DNA of 64,000 nucleotides from Escherichia coli (GTDB lineage Bacteria; Pseudomonadota; Gammaproteobacteria; Enterobacterales; Enterobacteriaceae): NCBI RefSeq assembly GCF_045037415.1, contig NZ_CP173438.1; one strand, 5' to 3'. Shown piece by piece: positions 58,478 to 64,000 of this stretch (position 1 is its first letter; each line of letters starts with the position of its first letter). The notes under the pieces were generated by a model. It saw only the letters and a program-made list of their open reading frames with translations, ran no database searches and was not told where the DNA came from. The position numbers and the translations under genes were made by a program.

Positions 58478-58505
58478 CCGCTTTCAATCTGTGAGTGATT
58501 TCACA
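58472..58505. promoter_or_regulatory. mgl operon control region: GalS/GalR operator-like palindrome and CRP site
   Basis: atgtaaccgctttcaat (gal-operator-like, overlapping galS stop codon) followed by CRP consensus tgtgagtgatttcaca (58490-58505). Confidence 0.7.
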
Positions 58506-58756
58506 GTATCTTAACAATGTGATGGCTATGATTGCACCGTTTTAACGTTGTAACCCATATGTAACAGTGAATAATCACTTTCACCGAGGTAATAGCGTCA
58601 TAACAACAATTAAAGCCGTTTTCTGGAGCGTTACCGGGCATGGAAGAACGAATTTTAAAAAGTGAGCTTCGGCGTTCAGTAACACTTCATTAACTCTACT
58701 GCCCCGCCGAGCATTTATCTCAAGCACTACCCTGCATAAGAAAAACCGGAGATACC

Positions 58757-59755
58757 ATGAATAAGAAGGTGTTAACCCTGTCTGCTGTGATGGCCAGCAT
58801 GTTATTCGGTGCCGCTGCACACGCTGCTGATACTCGCATTGGTGTAACAATCTATAAGTACGACGATAACTTTATGTCTGTAGTGCGCAAGGCTATTGAG
58901 CAAGATGCGAAAGCCGCGCCAGATGTTCAGCTGCTGATGAATGATTCTCAGAATGACCAGTCCAAGCAGAACGATCAGATCGACGTATTGCTGGCGAAAG
59001 GGGTGAAGGCACTGGCAATCAACCTGGTTGACCCGGCAGCTGCGGGTACGGTGATTGAGAAAGCGCGTGGGCAAAACGTGCCGGTGGTTTTCTTCAACAA
59101 AGAACCGTCTCGTAAGGCGCTGGATAGCTACGACAAAGCCTACTACGTTGGCACTGACTCCAAAGAGTCCGGCATTATTCAGGGCGATTTGATTGCTAAA
59201 CACTGGGCGGCGAATCAGGGTTGGGATCTGAACAAAGACGGTCAGATTCAATTCGTACTGCTGAAAGGTGAGCCGGGGCATCCGGATGCAGAAGCACGTA
59301 CCACTTACGTGATTAAAGAATTGAACGACAAAGGCATTAAAACTGAACAGTTACAGTTAGATACCGCTATGTGGGATACCGCTCAGGCGAAAGATAAGAT
59401 GGACGCCTGGCTGTCTGGCCCGAACGCCAACAAAATCGAGGTGGTTATCGCCAACAACGACGCGATGGCAATGGGCGCGGTAGAAGCACTGAAAGCACAC
59501 AACAAGTCCAGCATTCCGGTGTTTGGCGTCGATGCGCTGCCAGAAGCGCTGGCGCTGGTGAAATCCGGTGCACTGGCGGGCACCGTACTGAACGATGCTA
59601 ACAACCAGGCGAAAGCGACCTTTGATCTGGCGAAAAACCTGGCCGATGGCAAAGGTGCGGCTGATGGCACCAACTGGAAAATCGACAACAAAGTGGTCCG
59701 CGTACCTTATGTTGGCGTAGATAAAGACAACCTGGCTGAATTCAGCAAGAAATAA
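58757..59755 (+). CDS. mglB: D-galactose/methyl-galactoside periplasmic binding protein MglB
   Basis: 332-aa [43 protein letters not shown]... Confidence 0.95.
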   Translation: MNKKVLTLSAVMASMLFGAAAHAADTRIGVTIYKYDDNFMSVVRKAIEQDAKAAPDVQLLMNDSQNDQSKQNDQIDVLLAKGVKALAINLVDPAAAGTVIEKARGQNVPVVFFNKEPSRKALDSYDKAYYVGTDSKESGIIQGDLIAKHWAANQGWDLNKDGQIQFVLLKGEPGHPDAEARTTYVIKELNDKGIKTEQLQLDTAMWDTAQAKDKMDAWLSGPNANKIEVVIANNDAMAMGAVEALKAHNKSSIPVFGVDALPEALALVKSGALAGTVLNDANNQAKATFDLAKNLADGKGAADGTNWKIDNKVVRVPYVGVDKDNLAEFSKK

Positions 59756-59763
59756 GACTGATT

Positions 59764-59786
59764 GGGCGCAGTCGTTTACTGCGCCC
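59764..59786 (+). other. Intercistronic RNA stem-loop between mglB and mglA
   Basis: gggcgcagtcg-ttt-actgcgccc perfect 9-10 bp inverted repeat immediately after mglB stop. Confidence 0.6.
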
Positions 59787-59815
59787 TTATTGTATGACCA
59801 ACAAGGTAAAATTAT

Positions 59816-61336
59816 ATGGTCAGCTCAACGACTCCGTCATCAGGTGAATACTTGTTGGAAATGAGCGGTATCAACAAGTCTTTTCCTGGTGTTAAGGCAC
59901 TTGATAACGTTAACTTAAAAGTCCGGCCACATTCTATCCATGCATTAATGGGGGAAAACGGTGCAGGAAAATCGACATTATTAAAATGCCTGTTTGGTAT
60001 TTATCAAAAAGACTCCGGCACCATTTTATTCCAGGGTAAAGAGATCGATTTCCATTCCGCCAAAGAAGCACTGGAAAATGGTATTTCGATGGTACATCAG
60101 GAGTTAAACCTGGTATTACAACGTTCGGTGATGGACAACATGTGGCTGGGGCGATATCCCACCAAAGGCATGTTTGTCGATCAGGACAAAATGTACCGCG
60201 AAACCAAAGCGATTTTTGATGAACTGGATATTGATATCGATCCGCGTGCGCGCGTCGGTACATTATCTGTTTCGCAAATGCAGATGATCGAAATCGCCAA
60301 AGCGTTTTCCTATAACGCGAAAATTGTGATTATGGATGAACCGACTTCTTCGTTAACCGAAAAAGAGGTCAATCATCTGTTCACTATTATTCGTAAATTA
60401 AAAGAGCGCGGCTGCGGTATTGTTTATATCTCGCATAAAATGGAAGAAATCTTCCAGTTATGTGATGAAGTTACCGTATTGCGCGACGGTCAGTGGATCG
60501 CTACCGAACCGCTGGCAGGACTGACGATGGACAAAATCATCGCCATGATGGTTGGGCGTTCTCTTAACCAGCGTTTCCCTGACAAAGAAAACAAGCCGGG
60601 CGAAGTGATTCTGGAAGTGCGTAACCTGACGTCGCTGCGCCAGCCGTCGATTCGCGATGTCTCGTTTGATCTGCATAAAGGGGAGATCCTCGGTATTGCC
60701 GGTCTGGTGGGAGCGAAACGTACCGATATTGTTGAGACGTTATTTGGTATTCGCGAGAAATCGGCTGGCACCATTACGTTGCACGGCAAAAAGATCAATA
60801 ACCATAATGCCAACGAAGCCATAAACCACGGATTTGCACTGGTAACTGAAGAGCGCCGCTCAACGGGAATTTATGCCTATCTGGATATTGGCTTTAACTC
60901 GTTAATTTCCAATATCCGCAACTATAAAAATAAAGTTGGTTTACTGGATAACTCGCGGATGAAAAGCGATACCCAGTGGGTGATTGATTCGATGCGGGTA
61001 AAAACACCGGGGCATCGGACGCAAATTGGTTCGCTCTCCGGTGGTAATCAGCAAAAAGTGATTATTGGTCGCTGGCTGTTAACGCAACCAGAAATATTAA
61101 TGCTCGATGAACCGACGCGCGGTATTGATGTTGGGGCTAAGTTTGAGATTTATCAGTTAATTGCCGAACTGGCGAAGAAAGGCAAGGGGATTATTATTAT
61201 CTCCTCCGAAATGCCAGAGTTGTTAGGGATAACAGACCGTATTCTGGTCATGAGCAATGGTCTCGTTTCCGGAATTGTCGATACAAAAACAACAACGCAA
61301 AGCGAAATTCTGCGTCTTGCGTCTTTGCACCTTTAA
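59816..61336 (+). CDS. mglA: Galactose/methyl-galactoside ABC transporter ATPase MglA
   Basis: 506-aa ORF; duplicated ABC domains, Walker [10 protein letters not shown]. Confidence 0.95.
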   Translation: MVSSTTPSSGEYLLEMSGINKSFPGVKALDNVNLKVRPHSIHALMGENGAGKSTLLKCLFGIYQKDSGTILFQGKEIDFHSAKEALENGISMVHQELNLVLQRSVMDNMWLGRYPTKGMFVDQDKMYRETKAIFDELDIDIDPRARVGTLSVSQMQMIEIAKAFSYNAKIVIMDEPTSSLTEKEVNHLFTIIRKLKERGCGIVYISHKMEEIFQLCDEVTVLRDGQWIATEPLAGLTMDKIIAMMVGRSLNQRFPDKENKPGEVILEVRNLTSLRQPSIRDVSFDLHKGEILGIAGLVGAKRTDIVETLFGIREKSAGTITLHGKKINNHNANEAINHGFALVTEERRSTGIYAYLDIGFNSLISNIRNYKNKVGLLDNSRMKSDTQWVIDSMRVKTPGHRTQIGSLSGGNQQKVIIGRWLLTQPEILMLDEPTRGIDVGAKFEIYQLIAELAKKGKGIIIISSEMPELLGITDRILVMSNGLVSGIVDTKTTTQSEILRLASLHL

Positions 61337-61351
61337 GATTAGGGGCTTCCC

Positions 61352-62362
61352 ATGAGTGCGTTAAATAAGAAAAGTTTTCTTACTTACCTGAAAGAGGGCG
61401 GTATTTACGTCGTTCTTTTAGTTTTGCTGGCGATTATTATTTTCCAGGACCCAACATTTTTAAGTCTGTTGAACTTAAGTAATATTCTCACCCAGTCATC
61501 GGTGCGTATTATTATCGCGCTTGGTGTGGCAGGGTTAATTGTCACCCAGGGGACTGACCTTTCCGCAGGTCGCCAGGTGGGGCTGGCGGCAGTAGTAGCA
61601 GCGACGTTATTGCAGTCCATGGATAACGCCAACAAAGTGTTCCCGGAAATGGCGACGATGCCGATTGCGCTGGTTATTCTGATTGTCTGTGCCATTGGTG
61701 CGGTGATCGGTTTGATCAACGGCTTGATTATCGCCTATCTCAACGTGACGCCGTTCATTACCACGCTCGGTACGATGATTATCGTCTACGGCATTAACTC
61801 GCTCTATTACGACTTTGTCGGGGCGTCGCCAATTTCCGGTTTTGACAGTGGTTTCTCCACTTTTGCCCAAGGCTTTATTGCGCTGGGGAGTTTCCGTCTC
61901 TCTTACATCACCTTCTATGCGTTGATTGCGGTGGTGTTTGTCTGGGTGTTATGGAACAAAACCCGCTTCGGCAAGAACATTTTTGCCATTGGCGGTAACC
62001 CGGAAGCGGCGAAAGTATCTGGTGTCAACGTCGGCCTGAACCTGCTGATGATCTACGCGTTGTCTGGTGTGTTCTATGCCTTCGGCGGGATGTTAGAAGC
62101 CGGACGTATCGGCTCTGCCACCAACAACCTCGGCTTCATGTATGAGCTGGATGCTATCGCAGCGTGCGTGGTAGGCGGCGTATCGTTCAGCGGCGGTGTA
62201 GGGACGGTGATTGGCGTGGTGACCGGGGTGATTATTTTTACCGTCATCAACTATGGCCTGACGTACATCGGCGTAAACCCGTACTGGCAGTACATCATCA
62301 AAGGGGCAATTATTATCTTTGCCGTGGCGCTGGATTCACTGAAATACGCGCGTAAGAAATGA
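61352..62362 (+). CDS. mglC: Galactose/methyl-galactoside ABC transporter permease MglC
   Basis: 336-aa polytopic ORF MSALNKKSFLTYLKEGGIYVVLLVL... Confidence 0.95.
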   Translation: MSALNKKSFLTYLKEGGIYVVLLVLLAIIIFQDPTFLSLLNLSNILTQSSVRIIIALGVAGLIVTQGTDLSAGRQVGLAAVVAATLLQSMDNANKVFPEMATMPIALVILIVCAIGAVIGLINGLIIAYLNVTPFITTLGTMIIVYGINSLYYDFVGASPISGFDSGFSTFAQGFIALGSFRLSYITFYALIAVVFVWVLWNKTRFGKNIFAIGGNPEAAKVSGVNVGLNLLMIYALSGVFYAFGGMLEAGRIGSATNNLGFMYELDAIAACVVGGVSFSGGVGTVIGVVTGVIIFTVINYGLTYIGVNPYWQYIIKGAIIIFAVALDSLKYARKK

Positions 62363-62419
62363 TGTGAATGTGGTCCGCATTCGTTCATAAACGCACATAA
62401 CATCATGATCTGTGTGGTT

Positions 62420-62603
<184 letters not shown>

Positions 62604-62604
62604 T

Positions 62605-63840
62605 TTACAACGTTACCGGGTGTTCTTTCTCGCCTTTCTTAAACTTCACTTCCCCAAGATCAATACAACCTACCGGGCAGACGTGACCACAAAGCAGACA
62701 ACCCACGCATTTCTCGGTATTACAATGCGGTGTGCGGGTTTTCTCGCTCCATTCCATCGCCTGGTGACCGCCGTCGTAACAGGAAATATAACAGCGTCCA
62801 CAGCCAACACATTTATCAAGATTGATATGGGGATAGACAATATAACTGCGGTCTAAATCTTCCGCCGGGACAATATTGTGATTCGCCAGACCTACCATCT
62901 CCTGCAACGAATCAAACCCTTGATCGGCGAGATAATGCGACAACCCGCTTGCCATATCTTCCACTATCCGATACCCGTACTGCATAATGCCGGTGGTCAC
63001 CTGCAACGTCGCTGAACCGAGCAATAAAAACTCCGCCGCATCTTCCCAGGTTTCAATGCCGCCGATACCGCTGATCGGGAAATCGCGCAGTTCTGGATGG
63101 GTGCGCATTTGCTGAATAAAGCGTAGGGCGATCGGTTTTACCGCTTTACCGGAATATCCGGAAATACTCGATTTACCGTTAACGATCGGCATACCAATTT
63201 TCTGATTAAGATCGATATTGGTGATGGATTTAACGGTGTTAATCGCCGCAATGCCATCTGCGCCGCCGCGCTTCGCCGCCAGCGCCACTTCGCACATATC
63301 ACCAATATTCGGCGTCATCTTCGCCAGCATTGGCAGCGTGGAACCACGTTTTACTGCCCGACAATATTTTTCTACCAGCTCCGGGCTTTGCCCGACATCG
63401 CTACCCATCGCATGAGAAGTCATTTGCGGACAGGAGAAGTTACACTCGATCATATCCGCGCCAGCTTCTTGCACCAGACGCGCCAGCTCTTCCCATTGCT
63501 GCTCATTTTCGCCCATGATTGAAGCGATCAATACTTTGTCCGGGTAATCTTCTTTCAGCCGACGCAGGGCGGCCAGATTCTCTTCCAACGGATGTTCAGC
63601 AATCTGCTCCATATTTTTGAAGCCGATAAAACCGGTATCTTCTTTCACCAGATGATCAAAACGCGGCGAGACTTCGTTGGCGATAAAAAAACCGATCGTT
63701 TTAAACACCACGCCGCCCCAACCTGTGTCGTAGGCTTTGGCGCACATCTCATAGCAGTTGCCTACCGGCGAAGAAGAAAGGCAGAACGGGTTGGGAAACT
63801 TCACGCCGCAAAAAGTAATCGAAAGATCTTTCGTTAACAT
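62605..63840 (-). CDS. preA: NAD-dependent dihydropyrimidine dehydrogenase subunit PreA (YeiA)
   Basis: [25 protein letters not shown]...; DHODH-like TIM barrel plus C-terminal 2x[4Fe-4S] ferredoxin motifs ([19 protein letters not shown]); 411 aa. Confidence 0.93.
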   Translation of the reverse strand: MLTKDLSITFCGVKFPNPFCLSSSPVGNCYEMCAKAYDTGWGGVVFKTIGFFIANEVSPRFDHLVKEDTGFIGFKNMEQIAEHPLEENLAALRRLKEDYPDKVLIASIMGENEQQWEELARLVQEAGADMIECNFSCPQMTSHAMGSDVGQSPELVEKYCRAVKRGSTLPMLAKMTPNIGDMCEVALAAKRGGADGIAAINTVKSITNIDLNQKIGMPIVNGKSSISGYSGKAVKPIALRFIQQMRTHPELRDFPISGIGGIETWEDAAEFLLLGSATLQVTTGIMQYGYRIVEDMASGLSHYLADQGFDSLQEMVGLANHNIVPAEDLDRSYIVYPHINLDKCVGCGRCYISCYDGGHQAMEWSEKTRTPHCNTEKCVGCLLCGHVCPVGCIDLGEVKFKKGEKEHPVTL

Positions 63841-64000
63841 GAGCAAGCTCCCTCTAAATAGTGATGAATCGCCCCGGCGGCTTCTTTCCCGGTTTTCACT
63901 GCATAGACCACGGTTTTGTCACCCTCAACAATATCGCCAGCAGCAAAGACTTGCGGGTCGCGGGTCTGGTAATGTTGCGTTTCGATGGTGTTACGTTGCG
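63835..64000 (-). CDS. preT: Dihydropyrimidine dehydrogenase subunit PreT (YeiT), C-terminal part (5' end outside window)
   Basis: minus-strand frame reads ...[34 protein letters not shown]; stop overlaps preA start. Confidence 0.85.

Overview
This window reads as a core Escherichia coli chromosomal segment (K-12-like gene order, reverse-complemented relative to the usual map), and I found no convincing novel or foreign system in it. All identifications rest on reading the supplied six-frame translations and recalling the E. coli proteins; no database search was run. Gene order: napF (3' end), napD, napA, napG, napH, napB, napC, ccmABCDEFGH, narP, a decayed yejO autotransporter pseudogene, tRNA-Pro (proL), yejM, yejL, yejK, rplY, radD, rsuA, bcr, yejG, yejFEBA, pdeN, mepS, lpxT, yeiR, yeiQ, efpL, yeiW, setB, fruBKA, psuKGT, yeiL, rihB, a nupX deletion stub, yeiI, nfo, yeiH, yeiE, lysP, cirA, yeiG, folE, yeiB, galS, mglBAC, preA and the 3' end of preT. 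There are no transposases, integrases, phage genes, CRISPR arrays or defence islands. The notable anomalies are: (1) +1 frameshifts in napA and yejB, both caused by an extra T in the identical 12-mer CTGCCGGTTCTC, which points to a systematic sequence artifact or engineered lesion rather than two independent mutations; (2) nupX reduced to an out-of-frame ~110 bp stub, with a leader motif shared with its paralog psuT; (3) yejO collapsed to about 1 kb of out-of-frame fragments with no insertion sequence. Remaining observations are regulatory sites (Cra, Fur, CRP), terminators and REP/BIME clusters.
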